Positions 50,620 to 63,056 are shown, numbered from the whole stretch's first letter. The stretch is DNA of 63,473 nucleotides, filler included, from Squatina squatina (GCA_031763465.1; 3 parts of 3 records of this genome joined end to end with filler, not necessarily neighbours in it), one strand, 5' to 3'. Numbers and translations: made by a program. Notes: generated from the letters alone by a model not told the origin.

Positions 50620-51095
50620 ATCGGGGGAAGGCTGTGAAATACCGAATCAAAATATGAGACGCTGTTCCGCGAGCTTCCGTTGAGCTTCATTGGAACAGTG
50701 CAGAACATCAGAAACAGGAGCAAGAGTTGGCTATTCGGCCCCTCGAGCCTGCTCTGCCATTCAACAAGATCATGGCTGATCTTCTACCTCAACTCCACCT
50801 TCCTGCACTATCCCCATATCCCTTAATTCCCTTAGTTCCCCAAAAATGATCGACTTCTGTCTTGAATATAAGAACATAAGATGTAGAATGCCGAGGACAG
50901 AGAGGTCGAAGTGGGAGCAGCATGGAGAATTAAAATGGCAGGCGACCGGAAGCACAGGGTCACGCTTATGGACTGAATGGAGGTGTGCAGCAAAACCATC
51001 ACCCAATCTGCATTCGGTCTCCCCACTGTATTGGAGACTGCACTGTGAGCAGCGAATACAGTATACTAAATTGAAAGAAGTACAAGTGTGAATGA
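50620..51095 (-). mobile_element. Penelope-like element GIY-YIG endonuclease fragment, interrupted by CR1
   Basis: CTSFNLVYCIRCSQCSLQYSGETECRLGDGFAAHLHSV...PVACHFNS...DLSVLGILH [insert] CSNEAQRKLAEQRLIF. Confidence 0.85.
50702..50880 (-). mobile_element. CR1 3' end nested within the Penelope fragment
   Basis: ggctattcggcccctcgagcctgctctgccattcaacaagatcatggctgatc. Confidence 0.85.
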
Positions 51096-51574
51096 ACAGA
51101 TCGTTGCAGAATAAGGGAGATCGAGGATTGCAGTTACCGTGGGCTACGGAGCTAGTCTCATTTGCAAAGATAGTCTAATCACCTCGAAGCAAATTTGACT
51201 GACTGAAACCCCTCCCTACAGATGCAAAAGTAAATTGTCACACGATTGCATATTTGAACAAGGCCATGCAGCCTGGCAGGTTGTCACAGAGCCACCCCTG
51301 GTGAAAAATTAGTGGCTGTCTTGACTGGTGTTTGACAGGCTCCGTGGGACTAAGATAAATTATTTGACAACAGAATTACATTAAGGAAGAAAATAAAATA
51401 AGCCCTTGCTAGACACAGGCGGCCTGGAAACAGCATTACGGGGCTACTGTTAGCATCTGTCACTGTTAGGAACTGTGGGAACTCTCCTGTAACTCTTACT
51501 GGAAGTGAACATGTGGGCCGCAGTTTGCTGAAGTCATGGAAAACATTAAGATTTTATTCATCCTCTTGGCCCAG

Positions 51575-51960
51575 TTGGTATTTGTCTTGCTGTTGGGTCA
51601 GAAGGTTGTAGGTTCAAGTCCCACTCCAGTATATTAGCTCCCTCTCTGAGGTCGATTCTCTCAGAATACTGCCTCGTTAAAAGAGACATTCCCCCTGAAT
51701 TCAGAACTCTCCGCTGAATGCAACACACCCTGTTTTAGGGGGGAGGAGGTGGGGTGGAATTAAAGATTCCCCAATGCAATATTTGAAGTACAAGGAGTTA
51801 TCCTGCTGTTCTGGCCAGTAGCCAATCAACTAGTTGTTCCATTTAGGTCACTGTGTCTGCAGGATGTTGCTGCTGTGTTTGCCTATGATATGATGAGGTG
51901 TTATTAGAGATGCAAAACTTTATTGTTGGAAAACTGTGGGATAATATTTAAATAGTAAAT
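51575..51960 (+). mobile_element. Decayed tRNA-head Deu-type SINE
   Basis: gggtcagaaggttgtaggttcaagtcccactccag head; ggagttatcctgctgttctggcc core; gctgctgtgtttgcctat tail. Confidence 0.55.
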
Positions 51961-51979
51961 AAAAAGGGCCCAATGGAAA

Positions 51980-52238
51980 TCAGGTGGATGTAAATGATGC
52001 CACAGCGCTATTTGTAAAAAGACAGGGGAGGGGAGTTCTTCCCGGTGTCCTGGCCAATATTTATCCCTCAACCAACATTGCTAAAACAGATGATCTGGTC
52101 GTTTATCTCATTGCTGTTTTCCTATATTACAACAGTGACCACACTTCAAAAGTACTTAATTGGCTGTAAAGCGCTTTGGGATGGGCGGTGGTTGTGAAAG
52201 GCGCTATAGAAATACAAGTCTTTCTTTTCTTTCTTTTA
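51980..52238 (+). mobile_element. Deu-domain SINE (SacSINE1-like), 3' half
   Basis: caggtggatgtaaatgatgccac...ggtgtcctggccaatatttatccctcaacc...gaaaggcgctatagaaatacaagtctttc. Confidence 0.85.
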
Positions 52239-52509
52239 GGAGCAATGACTCCTGTTGGCAAAATCTCAGCGAAGGTGACAGTGATCCACTGCAATATTTT
52301 CTTGAGTTTTGGGTTATTGATTTTCAATATAGAGGGAGAGGAATCAGTCTGTTGATTTGAATTTTTATAGTGTGATCAATGCAATTAAATCACTTCAGTG
52401 ACAAATAAAAATTGTTTTTCACCCCACCTGGCTGACTTCTGACCCTAACTAAGGCAGCGAGAGACACACGATACAGAGAGAGAGAGAGGAAGTAATGAGT
52501 GCTGAAGCA

Positions 52510-52842
52510 CAACAACTTGTATTTATATAGCGCCTTTAAAATAGTAAAACGTCCCAAGGTGCTTCACTGGAGCGATTATCAAACAGAATTTGACATCGAG
52601 CCACATGAGGAGATATTAGGACAAATGACCAAAAGCTGGGTCAAAGCGGGAGGTTTTAAGGAGCGTCTTAAAAGAGGAGAGAGAGGTGGAGAGGTTTCGG
52701 GAGGAAATTCCAGAGCTTAGGGCCCAGGCAGCTGAAGGCACGGCCATCAATGGTGGAGTGAAGGAAATCAGGGAGGCTCAAGAGGGCCGGAACTGGAGGA
52801 GCTCAGAGATCTCAGAGGGTTGTAGGGCTGGATGAGGTTACA
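52510..52842 (-). mobile_element. L2 LINE 3' portion
   Basis: aacttgtatttatatagcgcc...attccagagcttagggcccaggcagctgaaggcacggcc. Confidence 0.8.
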
Positions 52843-53040
52843 GAATGTGGAACTTGCTACCACCTTGAGGTGAATAGCATCGATGAATTTATGGTGAAGC
52901 TGAATAAACACATGAGGGAGAAAGGAAGGGAAGGAAATGCTGAGTGAAATGAAGTAGGGCGGGAGGCTGGTGTGGAGCATAAACATTGGCATGGATCAGT
53001 TGGGCCGAATGGCCTGTTTCTGTGCTGTAAATACCGTGTA
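52843..53040 (+). mobile_element. CR1 LINE 3' end
   Basis: gaatgtggaacttgctacc...gggccgaatggcctgtttctgtgctgta. Confidence 0.8.
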
Positions 53041-53671
53041 GTTTGATGCTCCCTCATTCTAGGTTCTTCTTAATGACAGTACCCACTCGTTTCTGTGCTG
53101 TTACTTCTACGTAATTCTATGTCATTCACAAGCACTAAAGCCTGGCTTGGTAAAGCTCCCCACAGTGTATGGCTGCTGGTACAGTCCTCTCTCTGTATGA
53201 CTGGATGGTTCAACATCATCTCCAATCAACAATCCATCGTCTCAATCGACATACAGGCCTTGGATTGGAGCTGCCCCTATCGACCCTAATGTTAGCTGCT
53301 GAGGTTCGCTTCAGTCCCCGAACAGTAGTTTATTTAAACTCAAATCTCCAAGGCGACTGCCCTGAACGCAGTGCGAGCTGGTGATAACTAGTAATTATGG
53401 TGCATTCGCCAATCAATTGGGAGCTATTATGGGAAGGAGTACAGCTCTTAAAGAGACAGCCTTGCACGTGGAATTCTCTTTTAAATCAGTCGTAAAAAGT
53501 TCTGATGAGTTCCTTGTTCGGATTCTACAGACTTCTGATTTTTATTTAAAAAATGCTTGCTGATAAAAATCACACAGGAGATGACATCAGACCAGACTGA
53601 CCTACATTGTTTAAATTGAGAGACCTGTGTGCTGGCTCCAGACCCATAGCACAGAGGATCACCAAGGTCGA

Positions 53672-53834
53672 AAAGAATAGGAAAAGGAGGAGGCCATTCA
53701 GCCCCTCGAGCCTGTTCCGCCATTCAATTAGATCACGGCTGATCTGCACCTCAACTGCGAATTTCCGCCTTTGTTCCACATACTCTTACCCAACAAAAAT
53801 CTATCAGTTTTGAAATTTTCAATAGACGCCCCCA
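53672..53834 (-). mobile_element. CR1 LINE 3' end
   Basis: ggaggccattcagcccctcgagcctgttccgccattcaattagatc; near-identical to 63205-63473. Confidence 0.85.
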
Positions 53835-54019
53835 NNNNNNNNNNNNNNNNNNNNNNNNNNNNNNNNNNNNNNNNNNNNNNNNNNNNNNNNNNNNNNNNNN
53901 NNNNNNNNNNNNNNNNNNNNNNNNNNNNNNNNNNGGCGAACACAACTCGTCAACACAACTTATTTTGAGGTCCAAGAGGGACCCGGGTTATACCGAGTTC
54001 TGCGCTGTCGCAGGGCCCC

Positions 54020-54125
54020 CAGTGTAGAAGGATATGCTGATAGGGTGAAATGAAAAGGGGTGGGAGGAGGCTCATGTGTAACAAACGCCAAATGCCCTGT
54101 TTCTGTGCTGTAAATTCTATGGCTG
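54020..54125 (+). mobile_element. CR1 LINE 3' end
   Basis: gaaggatatgctgatagggtg...ctgtttctgtgctgtaaattctatg. Confidence 0.75.
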
Positions 54126-55399
54126 ATCCATGTTGTTACATGGTAAGCAAAAGCCAATTAGGTCATTAGAAAAACATATTGAGGTCACAAGAGAAAGTGT
54201 TAAATGGTGTGAAAGACGGGAAAGAAATGGAATGGAAGACAAAAAGAGAGAGGGAGACAGAATGAATCTGAAAGTGGAAGACAGGCAAAGATTAATGGAG
54301 TTATAGGCAGAGCTATATTGGAAAAAAATGTCTATAGAGACCAGCTATTCTCATTTAATATGTTATATTGTTTAATGAGCTGCTCAGTTAATCTTGTTTG
54401 TAGGCTATGATGCTTGATTTTTTTCCCATTAATCTTTCCCTGTAGTTCATCTTGTTTATACTTGAATTCATTCTTGTAGCTCTTTTATAACCTCTTCAAG
54501 GGTTATGTGTGTACTTTCCATGGAACGGCGACCAGAATTAACCAGAATTCTCAAAATGACTGACTGTTCTTGAGCAGCAAGCTGACAAAGTAAATAACCC
54601 ATTGAAATCATCTCAGCATCAGGGAGTGAGCAGTCCATCTGCTGTACATCCAAAGGACTGCCAACAGCTCCAACCTCAGCACAAGGCTCTGAAGATGCAT
54701 TGGCTCATATCACCTCTTGGAACCAACGCACTCAGTGATTACGAGTGACGGTTTTGAAGTGATGTGTAAAAATTGAGCCTCTTCCCTCAAGATCCTTGCC
54801 CTCAAACACCAGGATTTGATGCGGCTTTTTGCGTCAGAAGAATAATATCAACAAAAAAATCGACCCAAAAGCTCAATACAACAGCTGGACCCCAAATCTG
54901 GTTGCTCCTTATAAATATTTCCTAGGCAAGGAAGGTACCCTTAAAGCAGCATTATTCCCATTGGTCCACTACCTTGTAGCACAACATTTACCGCATAAAA
55001 TGCAGCAGAACATGCCTGTGATTAATTATCTTGTAAAATAGAGGAAAAAAAAATCGGATGCTGATTAAGTTTTACGATTTAAGCTGCCAACGGAGCAGCT
55101 CTTGAAATATCGAGGCCATAAAACAGCAATGTTCTTGACTGTCTTTGTACCCGAGGATCATTCAAGAGTTGGAGCAGGTAATAGGTCTTTTAATGCAGGT
55201 AACTGGTCACCAGCTGTGCCACTCATTCGAAAGCTGGATAGTTATCTCACAAGGTATTGGCTTCCCTCCAGCACGAGATTGGGGTTCCGTGACCCACCTG
55301 CTGTAAAAGAAGGGCAGCAGCAAAGGTCAACATCTTATGAAAATAATTTCAAAATAAATCCTGTCAGGTAAGTAAATGCTCCTTTTTTTAGTAGATGGA

Positions 55400-56256
55400 G
55401 CATGACAGTAATGATGGAGTGGGGTGGGGGAAGGATTCAGGAAAGAGTAAATTTGAATGCAGCAAGAGAATTGTCAAGGCTTGAGAGCAGAGCAGAGTTA
55501 GGGGTAAAAATAAGCAGAGTGGGTCAGAAAGGGAGCTGGAGAATAACAAAGGTAAGAAGGCATCAATGACTAAGCTGATGTCAGGGAAGAACAGAAATAA
55601 GTCAAAGCTAAATAAATTATATCTGAATGAGCGAAACATTCACAACAAAATAGATGAATTAATAGCGAAGATAGAAATTAATAGGTTTGAACGAATAGCC
55701 ATTATGGAGATGAGGTTGCAAAGTGGCCAAGATGGGAACTAAATTTCAAAGATACTTACATTTCGAAGAGATAGGAAAAATGGAAAAGGAGGAGGGGTAG
55801 CCCTGATAAGAAAGGATGGGATATAAACTGTTGATAGAAAGGATCTTAGCTCCAAAAATCAAGAACTAGAATCAGTTTGGGTGGAGCTAAGAAACAGCAA
55901 GGGGTAGAAAACATTGGTGGGATTTTTGTAAGCCCCCAAACAGTTGTTGTAATGTAGGGCAGAGTATAATTCAGGAAATTAGAGATGCATGTAATAAGGA
56001 TAATGCAGTAATCATGGGGGACTTTAATCTAAATATAGACTGGGCAAACCAAATTTGCAGTAATTGTGCAGAGGACAAATTCATGAATTGCATACAACAT
56101 AGTTTTTTGAGGAACCAACTGGGGCACGGGCTATTTTAGATCTAGTATTGTGCAATGAAAAAAGGTTAATTAATAAGCTTGTCGTAAATGGACCTTTAGG
56201 GAAGAGTGATCAGAATATGATAGAATTTTATATTGAGTATGAAAATGATTTGCTTG
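55400..56256 (+). mobile_element. CR1 LINE ORF1/ORF2 junction and endonuclease domain
   Basis: LYLNERNIHNKIDEL, FRRDRKNGKGGGVAL, ESVWVELRN, IMGDFN, AILDLVLCN, PLGKSDQNMIEF. Confidence 0.9.
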
Positions 56257-56356
56257 NNNNNNNNNNNNNNNNNNNNNNNNNNNNNNNNNNNNNNNNNNNN
56301 NNNNNNNNNNNNNNNNNNNNNNNNNNNNNNNNNNNNNNNNNNNNNNNNNNNNNNNN

Positions 56357-56585
56357 GAATGCATTGCCTGAAAGGGCGGGGGAGGCAGACTCAATCATGG
56401 CTTTCAAAAGGGAATTGGATAAGTACCTGAAGGAAAAAAAATTGCAAGGCTATGGGGAAAGGGCAAGGGAGTGGGACTAGGTGAAGTGCTTTTGCAGAGG
56501 GCTGGCACAGGCTTGATGGGCTGAATGGCCTCTTTCTGTGCTGTAACCATTCTATGATTCTATTCGATTCTATTCTATGATTCAT
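56357..56585 (+). mobile_element. CR1 LINE 3' end with (ATTCT)n-type tail
   Basis: NALPERAGEADSIMAFKRELDKYL, then attctatgattctattcgattctattctatgatt. May be the same copy as 55400-56256 across the gap. Confidence 0.9.
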
Positions 56586-56727
56586 GGGGATGAGGACAGG
56601 AGTTGACTGTGATGCACTCCACAGNNNNNNNNNNCCACAGTCAAATAGCTAGTCAAAATTCACACATGAATAATGGAGCACTGACGGAAAACTGGCACAT
56701 GTGGAACTGTATCCCAGCAAGGAACCA

Positions 56728-56920
56728 ACACATAGCATTTACAGCACAAAAACAGGCCTTTCGGCCCAACTGGCCCCTGCCAGTGTTCATGCTCCTCCGA
56801 CCCTACTTCATCTAACCCTGTCAGCAAAGTATGCGGAGGAGATTTTCTCGAATGGTTCCAGGGTTGAGGAACTTCGGTTATGTGGATAGACTGGAGAAGC
56901 TGGGGTTGTTCTCCTTAGAG
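56728..56920. mobile_element. Two short CR1 fragments in opposite orientation
   Basis: acagcacaaaaacaggcctttcggcccaac (minus 3' end) abuts gaatggttccaggg...gatagactggagaagctggggttgttctcc (plus, RLEKLGLFS). Confidence 0.65.
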
Positions 56921-57351
56921 CTGGTTAAAGAAGTTAGAAGAACCCTTTCAGGGTAGGAACAGGGAGGAAAAGCATAAGGAAAAATAAACTCTATACGAAT
57001 ATTAACTTAGTCTGTCAACACATTCCAGACCATATCGTCACATTTCCTGTTTCTTCTTAAGAGGAGGTAAGGCATTATGGCAGAGAATAATGGAGCAGTT
57101 TCTCACAGTTGAATCATTTTGCTCTTTATGTAAACCTCTGCAGCTTGGTGAAACACTGTGGGGATAATTTCCCAAGGCTCCAGAAATCCTTACCACCTGT
57201 GGTATGTATCAGAAAATTGTGGGCACATTTTGTGCAATTTTCCAGCCTTTGGTCACAGTTATCTGATATGTGCTGATGGCAGCTCAGGTCTCCCACCACC
57301 AGCACGTGCTCAGGCTTCTTATGGTCTTAGGCCTGTTGCTTCCAATTTACA

Positions 57352-57800
57352 CAACAACAGCTTGCATTTATATAGTGCCTTTAGAGTAGTAAAATGCCCC
57401 AAATTCGCTTCACAGGAGCGGTTAGCAAACAGAATTTGACACCGAGCGACATAAGGAGATATTAGAACAGGCGGCCAAAAGCTTCGTCAAAAAATGTAGG
57501 TTTTAAGGAGCGTCTTAAAGAGAGAGAGGTAGAGAGGCAGCGAGGTTTAAAGAGGGAATTCCAGAGCTTAGGGCCCAGGCAGCTAATGGCACAGCCGCCA
57601 ATGGTGGAGTGATGAAAATCAGACCAGAATTGCAGGAGCACAGAGATCTCAGAGGTTTGCAGGGCTTGGAGGGAGCTGCAGAGATAGGGAGGAGTGAAAC
57701 CATGGAGGGATTTGAAAACCAAGAGGAGATTGGTTCCCGGACTGGGAACCAATGGAGGTCAGTGGGCACAAGGGTGATAGGTGAACAGGACTTGGGACCC
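57352..57800 (-). mobile_element. L2 LINE 3' portion
   Basis: SPITLVPTDLHWFPV, LLVFKSLHGFTPPYL, GPKLWNSL. Confidence 0.85.
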
Positions 57801-58854
57801 TCCAGTGCTGATAACACAACGCCCCCATCTTTACATAGCATGGCACTAGTGTTCAGAAACCTCTGATTGAAATGGTATTGTACCTGTGTGTGGCCCTGTA
57901 ATCAAACTGTTACTTGGCCAAATGATTACAATGGAGTGGTGAGCTAACATTACATGACCTTCTCAAATGAATACCCAGAATGTACAATCATCGATCTTTT
58001 ATGTGGCCCCTCTCTGCACCAACAGTGTTCTAGCCCTAAAACTCTGCTTGCTGAGCACAAAATGACTTGCAATCTTCTCCCCCCACCCACTCCCCCCAAT
58101 CTTTGGACACAATTCTAAACCTCAATCCGGCTCCATGGAGCAAGAATGCAGATCTGAATCACTTCCAATGCTCCTACTAATCTGCACTTAGCAAAGCTTC
58201 AGCCATAAATTTCTTCACTTAGAGGGTTGTGAATCTTTGGACTTCTCTGCCCCAAAAGGGNNNNNNNNNNNNNNNNNNNNNNNNNNNNNNNNNNNNNNNN
58301 NNNNNNNNNNNNNNNNNNNNNNNNNNNNNNNNNNNNNNNNNNNNNNNNNNNNNNNNNNNNCCATCACCAGATGAACCTCACCCACGAGGCAGCCCCGACT
58401 ACGCAGGACGAAAAGGATTGGTGAGCAAACTACACGTGGGTCTACGCTCTCCCAAACAGTCAGGGGCCCAAACAGGGGTCTCAGCGGCCACTCTCTTACA
58501 AAGATAAATAGTGGGGATAGTATCATAGGGGTCATTCTGTTGATTTTGACCGGCCCATCTAAATTGGTTTATCATAATTCAGCTTAGCATCGAGATAGTG
58601 CGCTGGTCTTCCTCAGTCCCTCGGTGGTCGTTTACCTTGTATCATATTGAATATTAGTTGTGAAAGGGCCTAATAAACTTCCCATTCTTGTTTTGAACTC
58701 TGCAACACTGTCATGTGTGTTCCTCTGTGATTCTCTCCTGAAACATCCATACGCCTAACAGTCCTTGTCCCAAGAACCCCTGAGACAGCCGACGACTCTC
58801 TGCCTTTCCATAAATGTACGAGTGTCTGGGCCACTGTCGATCGCACCCCAGGCT

Positions 58855-59135
58855 CTGAGAGAGGTGTGTGTGGTGTGTGCGACCTACACTGCAACTCCCT
58901 CTTCTTTTCTTGAATACCTTGTACTCTGGAATATTAAGCATTCAATCCTCCCCTTTTTTGAAGCAGGTCTCCGTTATTGCCACAACATCATGCCTCTCTG
59001 CACCTCGTTTCTACTTTTTAATACTACACCTTGGTGGGCAAATGCCAGCCCTATTAGTTTAAACACTCTGCCACACCACTCATGGCAGTAAGCATATTGG
59101 TCCCAGCTCTGTTCAGGTGCAACCTCTCCAATTAT
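58855..59135 (-). mobile_element. CR1 remnant: ORF1 esterase end and ORF2 endonuclease start
   Basis: LERLHLNRAGTNML (DGLHLN-type esterase motif) and HDVVAITET...LNIPEYKVF. Confidence 0.65.
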
Positions 59136-59765
59136 TCACTTCTCTTGCCTCCATCTGCAAACCCACATCGTGACCAAGATTCTGACCGCCCCATGTAATA
59201 GCTCCTTGTTTGGATTTGCATTGTATTTTGTTCTGATTACATCTCTGCAAAGCACCTTGGGACATTTTTCTACATTATTATATGTGCTATATAAATGCTT
59301 GTAGCTGAAATAGCAATAACTGCCCACAACGTGTTTCACTCGCTCGTTTCACAGCCACCAATAAATAGGAACAGTAGTTATTTCGGTCTGTGTGTGTAAT
59401 CCTCTCACCCATTCCCAGCGAACTGCAGGCAGATGTTTGCAATGCAATAAACAAGTTGCATTGAGTTATTGGGAGGATAGAGAAACCTCAGTGGAGTGTC
59501 ATTATGCTGTGTGATTTACTGCACAAATACCTGACTTCTTCCTATCTTATTGGAGCGATCAGACCACTTACAATGTCCTCTGTTAATGTCTCCTTTAAAG
59601 TGGTGGCCAGAGTTTACATGAAAACCTCACAGGGAGATTTCACCACACAAAGGAGCTGATGGGAGCCAGCTACTCAATGCAACACAAGGAGATCCAGCAG
59701 CACCCGAGACTGTTCATGGACTCGACCTCTCTGACCATGGGCTCCTATTTACATTGTCGAACCTC

Positions 59766-59793
59766 GGAAAGGAAACAAAACAGGAAGTATAAA
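59766..59793 (+). promoter_or_regulatory. Candidate TRIM promoter: IRF/ISRE-like, ETS and TATA motifs
   Basis: GGAAAGGAAAC aaaa CAGGAAGT overlapping TATAAA, about 135-165 bp upstream of the ATG. Confidence 0.45.
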
Positions 59794-59928
59794 CAACTTT
59801 TAACGAGAAATTATTAGGATTAATTGTTGCGATTCTGTGCCAGAAATCCTTAAAAATCTGAAAATTGAACTTCTAAACATTGGAATGGTGGTCCCTTCTC
59901 GAGAATTTTGCCTTTGCTGCCCACCGCC

Positions 59929-60516
59929 ATGGCTTCTCCCGGACCCGGTCCCGAGGATAAATTGGTCTGCGCGATCTGCCTGGACATCTTGAGCAACCCA
60001 AGCACTATCCCGTGTGGACACAGCTTCTGCCTGCAATGTATCGACACCTACTGGGAGCCCAGCGTCCGCTCCAGCTCAGACCGGGCCAGTTGCCCGCAGT
60101 GCCTGTGCACCTTCAACCCCAAACCCACTCTGTGCAAGAACCTCATCTTGTGCGAGGTTGTGGAAGAGCTCCGAGCAAGGGGCAGGCTTTCCCCGGGGGG
60201 TCCCGCTGGCCCGGGGGAGGTGAGCTGCGATGTCTGCACGGAGACCAGGTTGAAAGCCAGTAAGTCCTGCTCGGATTGCCTGGTCTCTTACTGCGAGAGC
60301 CACTTGAAGCCTCATCACCAGAACCCAGCTTTCAGGGACCACACCCTGACTGACCCAGTCCAGCACCTCCATGCCCAGAGAAGTTGTGCAGCTCACGGGA
60401 AAGCCCTGGACTTGTTCTGCAGAACAGAAGGAATGTGTGTTTGCGAATTGTGTGCCAGGAGGCAACACGTTATTCATGAAACGGTGACTGTGGAAGAGGA
60501 AGTAGGAGAACGAAAG
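59929..60516 (+). CDS. TRIM E3 ubiquitin ligase (finTRIM/TRIM25/TRIM16-like), exon 1: RING, B-box1, B-box2
   Basis: Strong Kozak ccaccgccATGG; C3HC4 RING CAIC...CGHSFCLQC...CPQC; B-box1 CDVC...CSDCLVSYCESHLKPH; B-box2 CAAHGKALDLFC...CELC; phase-0 donor AAG|GTAAGG. Confidence 0.92.
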
Positions 60517-60917
60517 GTAAGGAAAACTGCCCGCCTGGTTCTCCAGCAAAGGCCTAGTTTCCAGGGTGGACAACCATTTGCATTGAGAGATGTCCAGATC
60601 ATTCTCCAATGCTGTTATTTGTTAATAGTTCTATACGGTGGTTACATTTGTGCTGGCTTCATTCAGTCCCATCTCATGCAAGCACAAAGCCTGTGGTTTT
60701 TAAATGCTCATCTCTTGTGCCTCTGAATTGGTCACCCAACATGGAAATGGTTAGGGTCAGAAAAACGGGGAATGGGGTCAATTGACGCATCAACTTCTAG
60801 TCAAGGGATTTGCTCTAGGACAAAGCGCGTTCCCCTGTGAGGCACACTCCAAGTTGTTCATTAAGTACTTGGCTTCCTGGTTGCCTCATTTCTCCAGACT
60901 ATTCTATATTGTGGTAC

Positions 60918-61760
60918 AACAAGAACTTATATTTATAAAGCACCTTTAACCTAATAAAATGGCCAAAGGTGTTTCATAGGAGTGTTAACAAAAAAAAAAT
61001 TGACACCCAGCCATCTAAGATGTTGGGGCAGGTGACCAAAAGCTTCGTTAGTGACGTAGGCTTTAAGGATCATCTTAAAAGAGGAAAGAAGTGGCAAGGC
61101 GCAGAGATTTAGGGAGGAAATTCCAGAGCTTAGGACCTTGGCAGCTAAAGGCACGGCCGCCACTGGTGGAGCATTAAAATCGGTGATGTTCAAATGGCCA
61201 GAAGAGGCAGGATGCAGAGGTCTAAGGGAATTAGATGGCGAGAGGAGATTACAGAGGTAGGGAGGGGCGAGGCCATGGAGGGATTTGAAAACAAGGATGG
61301 GAATTTTAAAATCGAGGTGTTGCTTAACTGAGAGCCAATGTAGGTCAGCGAGCTCAGGGAAATGGCGAATGGGACTTGGTGCGAGTTAGAACACGGGCGG
61401 CAGAGCTTTGATTGACCTCCAGTTTATGGAGGGTAGAAGTCGGGAGGTGAGCCAGGAGTGCGCTGGGATAGTCAAGTGTAGGTGATAAAAGCTGAGTGAG
61501 TGATCCGGCACCAGATTAGTTGAGGTAATGGCGGAGATGGGTGATATTACAAAGCGGGAAATGGGCGGTCTTAGTGATAGAACTGATATGAGCTAGGAAG
61601 CAAAATTTTTGATCGGAGATGACTCCAAGGTTGCAAACAGACGTAGTCAGCCTTCGACAATTGTCGGGAGAGAGATTGAATCAGTGGAAAGGGAACACAG
61701 TTTGTACCAAAGACATTGGCTTCAGTCTTCCCAATATTTAATTGGATCAAATTTCTACTC
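60918..61760 (-). mobile_element. L2 LINE RT C-terminus and 3' end, in TRIM intron 1
   Basis: WMSRNLIQLNIGKTEANVFG (L2 motif WMxxNFLQLNxxKTE), plus the shared L2 3' end. Confidence 0.85.
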
Positions 61761-61967
61761 ATCCAATAAATTGGGAGTAAGTAATGTGCGTTCAATAATT
61801 AGTAAATAGGTATTTATATTGTATGTGAGGGTGTAGCAGTAATTGCAGATTTAATGCCTTTATAGTCCAGTCCTGATAATTCAAAGTCATTTTGCATTAA
61901 AAAATGGGATTTAGTGTTCAAAACTATTGAAGTATCAGCTGATGTGAATTAAGAGAAGCAGACATAG

Positions 61968-62350
61968 TCTCTGACATTAGTCCCTCCAGTGCAGCGCTCA
62001 GGGGGTGCTGCACTGTCAGAGGTTCCGTCTTTCGCGTGAGACATTAAACTGAGACCCCGTCTGCTTTCTCGGGTGGACCTAAAAGATCCCATGGCACTAT
62101 TTCAAAGAGCAGGGGAGTTATCCCGGGTGTCCTGGTCAATATTTATCCCTCATTCAACATAACAAAAACACATTACCTGGTCATTATCACATTGCTGTTT
62201 GTGGGAGCTTGCTGTGCGCAAGTTGGCTGTCGTGTTTCCTACATTACAACAGTGACTACACTCCAAAAGTAGTTCATTGGCTGTAAAGTGTTTTGGGGCA
62301 TCTGGTGGTTGTGCAAGGTGCTATATAAATGCAAATCTTTTTTCTTTCAT
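61968..62350 (+). mobile_element. Deu-domain SINE (SacSINE1/AmnSINE1 superfamily), well preserved
   Basis: gtgctgcactgtcagaggttccgtcttt...gtggacctaaaagatcccatggcactatt...gctatataaatgcaaatctttt. Confidence 0.88.
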
Positions 62351-62644
62351 TAGTGTGATGAATTCTGTGTTCAGTCGCTAACTTTCTGCTGGTTTTGTAG
62401 GTGTGGGATGATAAGGGATGCTGCAGAAAGTTATTAATAGTTCAATTACATAATGTGAACTTCATAACTGACTCCACTAAATTCTAATTGTTTATTCCTC
62501 ATTTGCTGCTCATTTTCTTCCATTTGGCGGTCATTTGCCAACATGCCTCCAGCGAGCAGGGAAAGAAATGAAGGACTTACATTTGTATAGGGCTTTGATT
62601 TAAAAACTTACCCATGTGGTAAGGTGGGGGTAACCCTGGCACTC

Positions 62645-62970
62645 AACAACAACTTGCATTTGTATAATGTCTTCAATGTAGTAAAAATGTCCCAAGGTGC
62701 TTCACAGGAGCGTTGTCAGGTAAAATTCGATACTGAGCGACAAGGAGATGTTAGCACAGGTGACCAAAAGCTGGGTCAAAGAGGCAGATTTTAAGGAGCG
62801 ATGTAAAGAAGAGAGAGATTCAGGGAGGGAATCCCAGAGCTTAGGGTTTAGGCAGCTGAAGGCAAGGCCATCAATGGTGGGGCGATGAAAATCGAGGAAG
62901 CGCAAGAGGCCAGAATTGGAGGAGTGCAGAGGTCTCGGAATGTGGCACGGCTGCAGGGTGTTACAGAAAC
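62645..62970 (-). mobile_element. L2 LINE 3' portion
   Basis: RPLHSSNSGLL...AFSCLNPKLWDSLP. Confidence 0.8.
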
Positions 62971-63056
62971 AGAGACACTCGGATCGCAATGTCTGATTAT
63001 GATTTACACACCCCTCACTGTGGATTCCTAATTAATTACATGAGATTTCCTTCTAG

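Noticed and set aside
60517-60726. C-terminal extension of the 272-aa TRIM ORF
   Set aside because: Intron read-through past a canonical donor; the real continuation is the exon at 63057.
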